Below, piece by piece: positions 51,735 to 64,000 of a stretch of DNA of 64,000 nt. The notes beneath the pieces are model-generated. The model ran no database searches. It was not told where the DNA came from and was given only the letters and a program-made list of their open reading frames with translations. Both the position numbers and the translations under genes were made by a program. The DNA is from Anthoceros angustus (taxonomy: Eukaryota; Plantae; Anthocerotophyta), in NCBI GenBank assembly GCA_010909165.1, contig MU008179.1:496001-560000 (forward strand), read 5' to 3'. How positions within the stretch are numbered: the first letter of the stretch is position 1; every line of letters starts with the position of its first letter.

Positions 51735-54700
51735 CGTGACGACGGACTCTCCTTGGGGTTAGGAAATAAGCTGGGTTTGTTTTTTTCGTAGGTATGGAGT
51801 ATAAAATAAGAGGCGGAAAGGGAGGAATAAGCAGACGGTACTCGGGGCCCACTCGGACTTCGGGGTAGGTAACGGACCACGAAACCCACTCAGAGGACCT
51901 CGGACTACGAGTATCGGGATAAGTCCGGACCCCACTCCGGATCAAAGCAGGATAAATCGCATAAAGTAACTTAGAAGTTGGAGCGTGAGTTAGGCAGGCG
52001 GCGCCACGTGGATGGTCTTGAGTGATAGACGGGCATGCGAGACCGGGCCGTAGCATTGCAGTGGCCGTTATGGCGGTATTCACGCTCCGGGTACATGGCG
52101 TAAGGCGAGTGGCCAGGCGTAAGGCGAGTGAGCCATGCGGGCTCAGCGATTCGGACGAAGAGCCGCCCCTCCGCGGCGATTACTTCCGACGGAAGCGAGG
52201 CGGAGGTCATTCTTCAAACAACCGTGGCGAGTTTCGCATTCTCTCGCCGGACACCCGGCTCTGGCGTTGTCTTTTTCGCTCGAGGCACCCTTGGTATGAT
52301 TCGACTTGGCGAGTGAAGCAACCGACACCGCGGCGAGGCGGAAGATTGCGGAACGTCTCAGCGGAGCAGTGCGAAGATGGGACCCAAAAGCGGCGGGCGT
52401 GGGAGCCATGGCGCTTGGTGGAGCGCAACATCGTCATCAAGCGCTACGGACTTGGGCCGTGGGCTGGAGGAGGCGGAGGAGGCTGGTGGAGGAGTGGCAC
52501 TGGACATTTTCGGGCTATCTGGACCGACAGGCGTCACCTAGTCCGGAGTATGCCGGGAAGATGTTGGCGGCCAACAAGGAGGTCCGATCCAAGAACTGGG
52601 AGGACCCTAGGAGGTCCCGAGGCGGTTTACAACTACCCGGAGGAAGTAGGAGGAGTAGGAACCCACGAAGGTGAAGGGGAAGGTGGAAGCGGCCGGGCGG
52701 CCCTTTGCGACCGAGGCAGCGGTCCTCCAGCGGATGGGCGATGTCGGACCTCCTGAGCAGGAGAATGCGTTCGATGCGAAGATTCGTCGAACATGCTCAC
52801 CAAGGTGGATCACCTTGGGGATAATCTGCTAGTGTTCCTCCACGACCTCTGGAAGGGGAAGGTGGAAGCGGCGGAGGCGGCGGATAATCTTCGCCGGGTC
52901 GGTCAGAAGCTCATGGTGAGGTGCGAAGCCACCTCCGTCGGCGTTATCGCCGTTTTGATTCATGTGGGGCACGAACCTCCACGAAGGAGGGTGAAGAAGA
53001 GCGAGCACTCCGGAAAGGGCTGGCCGCTCTGGGAGGCGGAGGGAAGAGCGCGGAGGCGGAGGCCCGATCCGAGTAAGAGTCGGGAGGAGGCGGAGGAGGA
53101 ATTCCGGACTCCATACGTCTGGGCGGACCCCTCGCCACCGAGGGAAGTGTGGAAGACATCCCGCTTCCCTCCTCCTGTGCCCCAGGCGGCAGGCGGAGGA
53201 AGAGCGCGGAGGCGGAGAGGGAGTTGGCGGTTCCAGCCGGCGCGGCAACCAACAACAACACGGCTTGGTCCCAAGCGGACTCGGGAACCAAAGAGGCGGA
53301 GGAGGCGGTGCCACCATCAACGCATCACCAGGGGCGCGCCGTGCCTTGCCTCTGCCAGCGGAGTGGCAGAAGTGGAGGAGGCGGTGCAAAGGCGGAGGGC
53401 CAAGGAGGCGGAGGCCAGGCGGCAGCCCACCCGAGCTGTCTGTCTCGGGCCGGAGGCAAAGGCCAGCTCCCGGACCCCTTCACCACCTCCGAGCCCCAGG
53501 AGGAAAAGGCGGAGAAGGAGTTAGCGGCCAAGAGGGCCAAGGAAGGTGAGGCTCCGGACCTCAGCACTCAGGACCTAAGGGTCCTGATTAGGTCCGGAGA
53601 GCCCAGTCCGGACTCGCTCCGGACTGCAGTATGGCGGTCCTTGACGGACCAGGAGATGCCCGCGCCCACAGCGGACTTTCTGGGCATCTCCCCAGCGGCG
53701 GCCGTGGAAGAAACGCGGCGAGTTTTAGCTACCGTCATGGACGGTATGCTTTGGGGCCTCTGCGGAACAGCGGAGAAGACCCAAGTGGAGGCCACCCGGA
53801 GGAGGATGGTGGAACTTCAAGGCGGTGGAGGCGGCCCAGGCGGCAGGCGGAGTCCCTCGAGGAGGAAGCGTCGGGAGGCGGAGGCGAGGCGGAGGGGCAG
53901 GCTGGAGGAGGAAGGCCGGACCAAGATCCTTCGGTATCGACAGTGAGCGTCTGAGAGGCCCACGCAGTGAGGACCTCTGCAAGCGGAGGCGGCGAAGGAG
54001 GCGGAGGAGGAGGCGGAGGCGAGGAGGAGCGGCGGCAAAGGCCAGCTCCGGACCCCTTCACCACCTCCGAGTCCCAGGAGGCGAGGCTCGTGAAAGCGGC
54101 GGAGGCGGAGGAGGCGGAGGTCGGCCGGGATCACTACCGGCGTGATCGAGCCGGTGGAGAAGCGGCGGGGTAGCCGCAGCTAACCTAAGGCGAGCAGTGG
54201 CGGAACAAGCGAGCCGCGAAGAAGAGATGGAGGCCAGCACCGAAATAGGGGACCTCAGGTGCGTGCAGGGAAGTGGAGGAGCGGCGGAGGCGGAGGCGGC
54301 AAGGACACCTGGGCTGCAACTCAAGATGCGTTGAGCAACATGGGATTCTCAATGGGAGAATCCAAGACTTGACAGAGATTGAGCGCCTCCGGCTTTGCAC
54401 GAGGCGGAGGAGAATGGCGGCGATCAAGGAATTGGGCGTCGCGGTGGAGGCGGAGGAAGCCGAGTCGGGAGGAGGCGGAGATCTTGGCCCTGGAGAAGGA
54501 AGTGGCGGACCTCAGGTGAGGATGAGCGGAGGGGCAGGCTGGAGGAGGAGCGAGGCTGCTTGTCCGATTGCGGGAAGCGAGGAGCTCGGCTCCATGGCGG
54601 CAAGTTGGTGGGCGCAGGCGAAGGAGGAGCACGTCGGCGGCAAAGGCTGCAGGAGGTGTCGGAGGCCGCCTTGGCGGCATCAAAGTCCGCCCGGCTTCAA

Positions 54701-55301
54701 ACTGGCGGCGGAGGCGGGTCGGCGGGCAACACGCCCGGCCAAGCACCTCTAGAGGAGGGAGTCTGGGTGCTCGGGCCCATGTGGAGGAGGCAATTCAACA
54801 AGTCGACTCGACTTTGCCTACTACCACGCAGCTTCTCAAGGCCTTTGGAGGTGCCGCGCCACCCCAGGTGGGCCAGTTCCAGACGTCGGAAGGAGGCGAG
54901 GAGGAAGGCCGGAGATAGCAGCCACGTGGACCTTAGGAGGCCTGTTTGTGACGACAGCAGGGAGCAGTGGAGGAGCGGACGTGGGAAGGACAGTGACCAC
55001 CGCGATTTTCCCCAAGGATCTTGAGTGAAGTGTGAATGGTGAGAGGAGCGGACGGAGGGACGAGACAAACTGAATGACACGGACGAATGAGTCCTTAAAC
55101 GTTTATACCTTGGAACTTTGTCCGGTGAATGTTACTGGTAGTTAGTCGTAAAGCGAGGAATGTGTGTGGGGTTTAAAGCAGGCGCTATGTGAGGTGAAAG
55201 CAGATTGAAGCGTGGCCAGAGCCTATCATTCTCTTGGGAGCGGACCTCCTTACTACAACGACACGGATTGTCGCCCTGGCCGTCGGCAAAGTCGCGCCAC
55301 A
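51735..55301 (+). mobile_element. Element C: 3.57 kb solo-LTR-like insertion containing a long GC-rich ORF
   Basis: Termini (c)gtgacgac...gtcgcgccaca; TSD ACAAC at 51730-51734 and 55302-55306; removing it restores the Copia-B frame TNIVQPKSQVLLAVYLATSKNDTCSWYIDSG. Confidence 0.8.
52070..55024 (+). CDS. Element C ORF (frameshifted, start approximate); coiled-coil protein of unknown function
   Basis: Overlapping plus-strand ORF pieces 52022-52756, 52793-53524, 53149-53946 and 54395-55024; shares the RDFPQG(Y/S)* end with the left copy. Confidence 0.45.
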
Positions 55302-55306
55302 ACAAC

Positions 55307-58300
55307 CAAAATCACAAGTACTCTTAGCGGTATATTTGGCTACCTCCAAGAATGACACATGCAGTTGGTACATTGATAGTGGAGCTTGACTCACATTTGT
55401 CATACAAGATCCTTCTTTTCATCTTACCCCTTATGAACGAGGCGGTTCGTATTCTTTGGGTGATAATAGTGGCCTTCAAGTACAAGGAAGAGGCATTGTC
55501 TTTGTTGTCTGTGAGGAGGCGAATTTTGAAGTTAGAGGATGTTTACTATGTCCCACAAATGTCAAAGAACTTAGTTCGGTTCGTAGACTTACAATATCAA
55601 ATGAGTACAACGTTCATTTCTTTGGAGACACTGCATGATCCAGACATTAGTCCTCCTAGTGTGTCATGTCTACGCATTTGTCGACCTTTCAATGACCTAT
55701 CTGAGGATAAATTTTTCCCCAACTTTGTACCAACATTGCCAATTTAACTCAGCCTAAGCAATCATGCTATGGCACCATAAGGCACATGTTAACTCACGTA
55801 AGTTAGTAACTCTCGAAAGCACATACTCGGGATCCCTATCTCGGTTGTCTCCTTTGCGTTACGTGAATCATGTGTGTATGCCAAGAGTCGTATGGTGAGC
55901 GACAACTTAATGTCAAGGATGCGTACATATGGTGGAGGGAGTTTGTAGCTGGTGCCTTTGCATCATGCAACTCCTAAGGCATAATCATGCAGAAGTGTTC
56001 CATATTCTCAAGCCCAAACGGTGTGGCCGAGGCGTCATCAATGGCTTGTTGAAGCCGTTCGAGCCATCTTGAACATTTTTGTCTCACAAATATTAGGCGA
56101 AGCTATTTCAACGCGACCTACATCAAGAACCGACTTCCAACCTGCTTCTTGGTGTCACTCCTTATGAACAGGGTATTCTTTGGGTGATAATAGTGGCCTT
56201 CAAGTACAAGGAAGAGGCATTGTCTTTGTTGTCTGTGAGGAGGCGAATTTTGAAGTTAGAGGATGTTTACTATGTCCCACAAATGTCAAAGAACTTAGTT
56301 CGGTTCGTAGACTTACAATATCAAATGAGTACAACGTTCATTTCTTTGGAGACACTGCATGATCCAGACATTAGTCCTCCTAGTGTGTCATGTCTACGCA
56401 TTTGTCGACCTTTCAATGACCTATCTGAGGATAAATTTTTCCCCAACTTTGTACCAACATTGCCAATTTAACTCAGCCTAAGCAATCATGCTATGGCACC
56501 ATAATGGCACATGTTAACTCACGTAAGTTAGTAACTCTCGAAAGCACATACTCGGGATCCCTATCTCGGTTGTCTCCTTTGCGTTACGTGAATCATGTGT
56601 GTATGCCAAGAGTCGTATGGTGAGCGACAACTTAATGTCAAGGATGCGTACATATGGTGGAGGGAGTTTGTAGCTGGTGCCTTTGCATCATGCAACTCCT
56701 AAGGCATAATCATGCAGAAGTGTTCCATATTCTCAAGCCCAAACGGTGTGGCCGAGGCGTCATCAATGGCTTGTTGAAGCCGTTCGAGCCATCTTGAACA
56801 TTTTTGACATCTCACAAATATTAGGCGAAGCTATTTCAACGCGACCTACATCAAGAACCGACTTCCAACCTGCTTCTTGGTGTCACTCCTTATGAAATTT
56901 GGGTGGTCGTAAACCCAATCAATTGCATCTTCGTATCTTGGGCACTGCATATGCACATATTCCCAAACAACCGTCGGAAGCTTGACGACAAGGCCAGCAA
57001 GATGCTGTTTGTGGGATATCTTGAAGGAATCAAGGGATATAATGGTGAACCCGAGACTCGTGGTCACGCATTCAAGGAGTGTGATTATTGACGAGCAATT
57101 TACTGCTGGACAGCAGAGGGAGAGAAATGGACCATCCTGCGTCGAACCCGAGATCCGAGCAAGGTTGCAATTCCTTTGGATTCGACCTTGCGAGATGTGA
57201 GTGGGGCGATGATGACCAGCGGTTGTTTGAGTGGGAGTCCGAGGATCATGGGGCGCGGCTGCACACACCGCACAAGGGCGGTGCCCATTCAGGTACCCAC
57301 ACCACATGCACTGCACCTCCTTAGATCCCCAGACCTCACAGCCAGCAGCCCCTATACAACCTGCACCTGCAGCGCTCACTCCCTCACATCCGCAGCGGCA
57401 TGATCCTCATGATCTGGCCAGCACATCAGGGAATGAAGCCTCCTTAGCGCCTGCAGCCCCTGTCGCGCGTCGCTCCACAAGGGCGCGCAGACCCCCAGCT
57501 TGGCATGAATCCTACCACCTTGAAGGTGCGCATACAGCACCTGGGGAGGGACGCGCCTCCTCGCATGCTCAACCCGGGCGCACATCTGATCACGCGCCCT
57601 CCTCCTCGTACACAGAACCACGCGTGCCCCAAGCCACATCCTTGGAGCCCGTTTCGGCTCCTGTTTGTGCACCATCTGTTTCACCTGCACCCATTTCAAA
57701 TAATAATTCCTTAGTTGGGCCTTTACCAAATTCAGAAAATGAACCTAGTTTAGATGTCAATATTTTAACTTCTGGACATGCCTCTTTAGTTCAAGCTTAC
57801 ATAGCAGCCACAGATCTTATTGAACCTGCTACACGTGAAGAGGCTTTGTCTGGACCTGACAAGGAGAAGTGGGAGGCAGCTATTCAGTCCGAGTATAATA
57901 GTTTAATAGAAAATAATACTTGGGAATTAGTTAAGCTTCCTTATGGTAGAAAGCCTATACAATGCAAGTGGGTGTTTTGCATTAAATTGAAAGCAGATGG
58001 TAGTGTAGAACGCTACAAGGCACGTTTGTGTGCTAAGGGGTATAGCCAAGTTCTGGGTGTTGATTATCATGAAACTTTTTCGCCTATAGTTAAGTTGCAG
58101 ACTATCAGATACTTGTTAGCCTCAACAGTTGAGTTAGATTTAGACTCACAACAAATGGATGTTACAATTGCTTTTCTATATGGTAAATTAGAGGAGCTGA
58201 TTTACATGGAACAACCAAGTGTTTATAGATCCTAAAACAAAGGACTTAGTTTGTAGACTCTTAAGGTGTATTTATGGACTCAAGCAATCTCCTTTGAAGT

Positions 58301-59353
58301 GGTATCTTGATATTGATGGTACCCTTATCGAGATTGGCTTTGTTCGTTGTAATTGATGAGAATGTATATTTCCTATGCAAAGATGGAAAGCTGGTTATTA
58401 TTGCTTTATATGTGGATGACATCATAATTGCTACGAATAGCGAGTTATTATCAAAAGTGAAGACCACTCTTAGTTCCAAGTACCGATGAAGGATATTGGG
58501 ACTCTTACCTATTGTCTTGGAGTTCAAATTGCTAGGAATAGGAAGGTACACTTAGTATGTATCAAACCAAATATGTTAAAGAGCTTCTTAATCGTTTCAA
58601 GCTTGAGGCAGCTCATCCTGCAGCCACTCCACTTGCGGTGGACAAGTCTTATCTACTCGAGCCCACCCACGGAGGAGGAGCGAGAGGATGCTTCACACAC
58701 TTTATAGGAGGCGTGGGATGCTTACTCTTCCGAGTGGGCGGACTCGATATCACTCATGTTGTTTCTATTGTATCGCAATTCTTTCTAATCCGGTTTAGCT
58801 CATTGGGTTTGTAAACGCATCTATCGTTATGTATCCGGGACCCGCATGTAGGACTTCAATATAAGCGATCGAGAGCAGGAAGGCTTGAGGGTTGGTCCGA
58901 TGCTAATTGGGCAGCTGATCCGTTGACAAGGAAAAGCCTATCTAGCTATTGTTTTACCTTATGTGGTGCTGTAGTTTCATGGACATGTAAGAAGCAAGCA
59001 GTGTGTCTCTTAGCTCAAGAGAGTGAAAATGATTCCTTAACACTTCGGTAAGGAAGGCAGTGGAAGGTCCTTATTAGCGGAGATGGATCAAGCAGGACTC
59101 ACCTACCTTGTTGCATTGCGACAATATGTCGGCAATAGCTTTAACCAAGGACGCCAAGTACCATGCTCGGACTAAGCATATAGGCATTTATCATCATTTT
59201 ATTAGACAGCTAGTCTCAGAGCATCATGTAACTATTGAATACATCCCAACAGAGGAGAACTGCGAGATATATTTACAAAAGGTTTATCCAAGGCCAAGCA
59301 CCGTATTTCTCTTACGCTTTAGGCCTTGTGGACTTATCAAATGGTTCTTCTTA
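55307..59353 (+). pseudogene. Copia-B pol, right copy, with ~730-bp internal duplication and integrase deletion
   Basis: RT ORF 57231-58235 (WELVKLPYGRKPIQCKWVF..ERYKARL); YVDD; RNase H; duplication junction ccttatgaa at ~56160. Confidence 0.87.
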
Positions 59354-60895
59354 AGTGGGAGCTCTTACATATCGCTAACTTGCTATACATTTACGTTCTT
59401 ATCAAGAGTGAACTGGACGTGTTAGCTTGTTAGTCTCATTCATGTTGCTTCAAACGTGAGTGGGAGTGTAGAGGTTATGGCTATTAGAGCCCTAGTTAGG
59501 GCACGTTTGAAGATTATACTTTAATTATTACTTAAGTTACAGTGATGATATGAATAGGCATCTTAGATTCAGTTTTTATAACTACTTTTATATGCTCTTC
59601 AAAAACATTGTCTTGGTTCACTTTTTTCAATTCATACACTCTTTGTTCTACGCTTCTGTGAAATCCATGTGCCTTCACAAGAGCAAGAAAGAAAAGGCTG
59701 AGCAATCAGCTACAAAAGGTAACGACGAAAAGCGCAAAGTCGAGGTCACAGTTAAGAGACAACACTTTGAGGCGATAAACGGGTCGGAGAGTGTCGAGAA
59801 GAAGAAGAAGAAGCAGGCGGACTAATGTTAGACCTGACTCTCCCTCTTTCAGGCCTGGAGGATCCTCTCTTCTGGTGGGATGGAAGGCCTTAATTTTGCT
59901 CCGTCACCTTGTTGGGTAGCCAACAGGATGTATTATTTATGGAAGTGTCTCCGAGACTCGGGGAGGTGTGCCCTGTCTATCTAGGGCGCACAACCGATTT
60001 TGTGAAGGCTTCTCATAGCCTAGAGTGGCTCTCCCAGGCAAGAAATGAGGCAGGCTTCCGCCCGCCGAGCGCGAGGTAGGTCTGTTGGGGTGCCAGTCAA
60101 GCGTGTGTTGCCATAGTAGCTGAGAATCTCTGTCACCTTACAGCGCCTAACGCCTCCCGGAGAAGGCCGCCGCCCGCGTGAACCCATGCGGAGCCCTATC
60201 TCCATCGTGCCCACACATTTGTAACCAATCCGGCAGCAGGGCACTTGTGGCTGCCAGCATTGTAAGTTATCAAATTTGCAGGTGTTTGATGAAATGGCAG
60301 GTGTAGATGCTATCGAGGGCGCTCATGAGTCACCTGGCACCACTCTTATGATCTGACCGACAGTTTTTCCACGTGCTACGCCTGCCTCCAAGGTGGTTGG
60401 TGTAGCATAGTGCTTCCTAGCTCTTCATAAAAGATGAAGTTGAGCTTTCTGTCTCTTCAAAAAGGCGAAGTTGAGCTTTCTGGCTCGGCCTGCCACACAG
60501 ACAGAGAAAGGCAAAGTTGAGCCGTATTTGACCCAGGTACCATATATAGCTCTCTTAATGAATGGGATGTAAATGAATGAATTAAGGAGGCAGAGCCTAA
60601 ACGTGAGGAGCTTTGAAATTATTGGTTCCCCGAGCCTGTTGCATTCCGATTGGAGGATTAGGAAGGGGCAAAAGCGGCAAGCAGGAAGCCCGGGCGCAAG
60701 GCGAGCATGGCTGCAGATGAGATATTTCGATGCGTGGAAAGCGAGGATCAGATACACGCAGGAAAGTGCACACTGCGCAGGCTCGTCAGCGAGCGGACTG
60801 GTACAAATAGCGGGCCGTTGGGCACTGCATTCCAACGATTTCATCCAGCAATTTCAGCGCTTCCCGGGTCTCCGAGTCGTCGTGCGGATCGAGCC

Positions 60896-61537
60896 ATGGC
60901 AGCATCCCAGCTCCTGTTCCTGGCCGTGGCCATGGCGGCAGCAGCCCTGGTTGCAGGCGACGCGGAAGTGGTGGTGGATTTCTGCGTGACGGACCCGGCG
61001 CCCGGCAACTCCATCCGACCCACCGGAAGCCCCTGCAAGGCTCTGGCCGACGTCAAGTCCTCCGACTTCAAGTTCACGCTGGTGCCGGGCGCCCGGGCGG
61101 CCGCCTCAACTTCGGCGTCGCGGTGGGCTTCGCCGACCAGTGGGGCGGGCTCAACGGCCTGCAGGTTGCCATCGCGAGGCTGGATTTCGGAAAGGGCGGC
61201 CAGATCCTCCCACCACCACCCGCGCGCCACCGAGATCTTCTACGTGGTGAAGGGCAAGGTGCTGAACGGCTTCATCGACTCCGCCGGCACCCTGTACGAG
61301 GAGGTGTTGAGCGCGGGCCAGGCCTTCGTCTTCCCAGAGGCCTCATCCACTACCAGCAGAACGTGGGCAAGGGCCCCGCCTACGGCATCTCCTCCTTCAA
61401 CAGCCAGAGCCCCGGCCTGCAGCTCACATTCAACGCCGTCCTCGAATCCAACCCCTCATTTCCTCCAAGGATCTCGCCCAAACTCTCAACGTCAAGAAGA
61501 GCGAGGTCGACTCCTGCGCAAGGCCTTTGGAGCCTAA
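60896..61537 (+). CDS. Germin-like protein, copy 5
   Basis: Same motifs as copy 1. Confidence 0.9.
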   Translation: MAASQLLFLAVAMAAAALVAGDAEVVVDFCVTDPAPGNSIRPTGSPCKALADVKSSDFKFTLVPGARAAASTSASRWASPTSGAGSTACRLPSRGWISERAARSSHHHPRATEIFYVVKGKVLNGFIDSAGTLYEEVLSAGQAFVFPEASSTTSRTWARAPPTASPPSTARAPACSSHSTPSSNPTPHFLQGSRPNSQRQEERGRLLRKAFGA

Positions 61538-63392
61538 TCGTTCAGCACCTGTCCGCCTCCGGATCCGGAGCTTCCTCGTTCAGGTCCCCTAGTGTGTCCC
61601 CAGTTGTTCCCAGTCCTAGTCCAGTCCGGTGACACCAGTGATAGGGATATGTAAGCAAGCGCACCGATTAATGCTCGCTGCGGATTTGATCTTTTGCTTT
61701 TCCTTGGGGAGACAGTCACGGCCCAGGCCTGGCTGTGCCAGTGGTAGCCATCTCCTCAACGTTTTACATTTTATCACATGACCTTGTGTGAGCACACGTC
61801 CCTCTCGGCAACCCAGTGCCGTACACTCTACGCCCATGAGTTTACTCGTAAACCCTTGGCCTGCATGTGTGCTGTGCATGAGTTTACTCGTAAACCCTTG
61901 GCCTGCATGTGTGCTTGTGGTGCTAGGTGCGCAAGCTAGTGTTCCATCGTTGTTCAGCAGACGACTGAATCAGGAACAATGTTCTCGAAACCGGAAGATC
62001 AGCAGCCGCATACGCCCGCACCATGCTTCCGGATATGGAACAAGGGTTGAGAGATGCAGGTTGTGCGATAAAGGACTTCAGCTACGTCCGAATATCGGAA
62101 GGACAACGTACCCACACCTCCCACGTGCGCCATGTCTCCGAGTCCCGAACAATATTCGCAAGATCCGTTTTGGTCTTGCACCGTGTCCCGACGCCATCCT
62201 TCAGACAATCCCGTTTTGGAAGGGGCTTCCTTGGTCAGGAACCAGACCTGTTCGCCCATAATATGGTTTAAAGCCTTTTGACCCATAATATGTTCTGCGC
62301 CTCTCCCAAGGTGGCTCCTGCAGCAAAGTGCACTTTGCCTCGGCTCACAACTGCATTGAAGGCTGTCAATATTAAAATATTGAAGGCTGTCAATATTAAA
62401 ATGATGTACGCAGGCATGATGTAGGTATCAGGGAGGCAGATATGCCTGCAATGCATGTCAGTGGCCGCAGATTGGTGAACTTGTTGGTTAGCCCTGAAAG
62501 CTGCAAGCAGAACAAGGAGAAGGTATGTGGGCAAGGGCCCCGCCTACGTGGCCAGAACTTGGGGGGCCCCTTGCCCAGCCAGATTGAATAAAAGTCTTCT
62601 CAGCTTATCTGCATACTCAAAGGCCCCAGCAAAGCTGCAATTGCAAGCAGGAAGCCCGGGCGCAAAGCGAGCATGGCTGCATATGAGATATTTTGTTGCG
62701 TGGAAAGCGAGAGTCAGATACACGTAGGGAAAGTCCTCTTCAAAGCTGCAATTGCCCTTGCAAGCAGGAAGCCCGGGCGCAAAGCCAGCATGGCGGCCCA
62801 TGGGATTACATGATTTGATGCGTGGAATTTGAAAGCATGGGTCAGATACATGGAGGGTCGAGACTCAAAGTATTGGAATAGAACATCCTAGATAGATGGG
62901 CACATCCCAGATGTGAACAGTCACGCCCTTTCGGGGTGACTACAAAAGGCACAACGTACCCAAGGCATTGACTCTTTCCTAATCATTCTTCCTTCTCCTC
63001 CATCCCTCTCCACATACGCATAGATTGATCTGCCTGATTTCCTATACAAAGCGCACATGAACATTGCACACTGCACAGGCTCGTAAGCCAACGAACTGGT
63101 ACAAAAGCGGGCCGTTGGTCACTGCATTCCAGGTATCCAGCCACGTCATCTCCTCTCGTCGTCTGGATCGAGCCATGGCCGCATCCCGGCTCCTGCAGCG
63201 GCGACGGTCGCAGGCGACGCGGAACTGGCGCTGGACTTCTGCGTAACGGACCCGCCGTCCGGCAACTCCATCCGGCCCACCGGAGGCGCCTGCACCATGG
63301 CCGCATCCCGGCTCCTGTTCCTGGCCCTGGCCATGGCAGCAGCAGCCATGCTCCCAGGCGACTTTCTGCTCATTATACTCCTTCCACCGCAG

Positions 63393-64000
63393 GCTGTCAA
63401 GTTCAAGGCTTTTCAAAAGTTTGCAAATACGCTAATACGGCGGAAGCACTTGCGGCAGCCACCGCTATTGTGGACGGCAAGGTATCCAAGGGTCTCAAAG
63501 TTTTTGAAGAAGGAAGTGCGAGGGGCACACTCGCTACTGCCGATTCAAGACTGGCCAAAATCGTCAGCGATAAATTTGTAAAGATAATTGGCATTCTCGC
63601 GTCAGTTGATTCACTGGAGTCCCAGTGACAACATGGTCATAATCTTCAGGACGTGCTTTCTGGTTTGACTGTCACACAACACCAATTGTATATATAACAG
63701 CGCAGTCATGGACCTCATGAGAGGAGTCCGCTCACAGCTAGCTGCGCTCATTAGTGGACTTGCAGGACAACACATGGGTGCCATGAGTCTTGGGCTCTCG
63801 CACAGCCTGTCCAGATACGAACTCAAATTTAGTCCTGATAAGGTGCGGACCTGGGATGACCTTGTAGCGATTAGGTGGAGTTGGAATGCCAGGATCGGGT
63901 TTCCTTGTTAATTATTCTGTCTTTTCTGATGTTTCTTGCTCGTTTAAGAATAGCGTCCAAGCTGAGTTCTCTTTGTTGTTTTGGTCATGGCGTTTCAGGT
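63393..64000 (+). pseudogene. NOP58: NOP58 pseudogene, copy 5 (partial)
   Basis: AVKFKAFQKF..., MDLMRGVRSQ...KFSPDK; cut by the window edge. Confidence 0.85.

Larger units (their letters stand above)
47403..59679 (+). mobile_element. Copia-B Ty1/Copia LTR retrotransposon (right copy) with nested element C and internal duplications
   Basis: LTRs 47403-47609 and 59467-59679; PBS tggtatcga at 47610; PPT at 59456-59466; TSD AGAGC at 47398-47402 and 59680-59684. Confidence 0.93.
59680..64000 (+). repeat. Fifth germin/NOP58 array unit (partial)
   Basis: Near-identical to 21964-26232 and shares that unit's diagnostic variants. Confidence 0.95.

Overview
Eukaryotic nuclear DNA from a plant (short introns and a germin gene; a non-seed plant is plausible but unproven), from an indel-rich long-read assembly. 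The backbone is a ~6.35 kb tandem array. Each unit carries an intronless germin-like protein gene, scrambled fragments of a diverged germin paralogue, and a 5'-truncated, intron-containing NOP58 pseudogene. The array is interrupted at the same AGAGC site by a Ty1/Copia element (Copia-B), seen twice about 37.7 kb apart, which indicates a higher-order repeat. Copia-B carries a nested 3.57 kb solo-LTR-like element C that holds a long coiled-coil ORF. The left Copia-B copy also carries a three-LTR tandem dimer of a second Copia (Copia-A, minus strand, TSD TACTC). The main find is that Copia-A carries a four-exon spliced antisense gene (~275 aa, all introns phase 1, joined in frame) between pol and the 3' LTR, with a GC-rich putative promoter. 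Most frameshifts look like sequencing or consensus errors, so coding status is uncertain.
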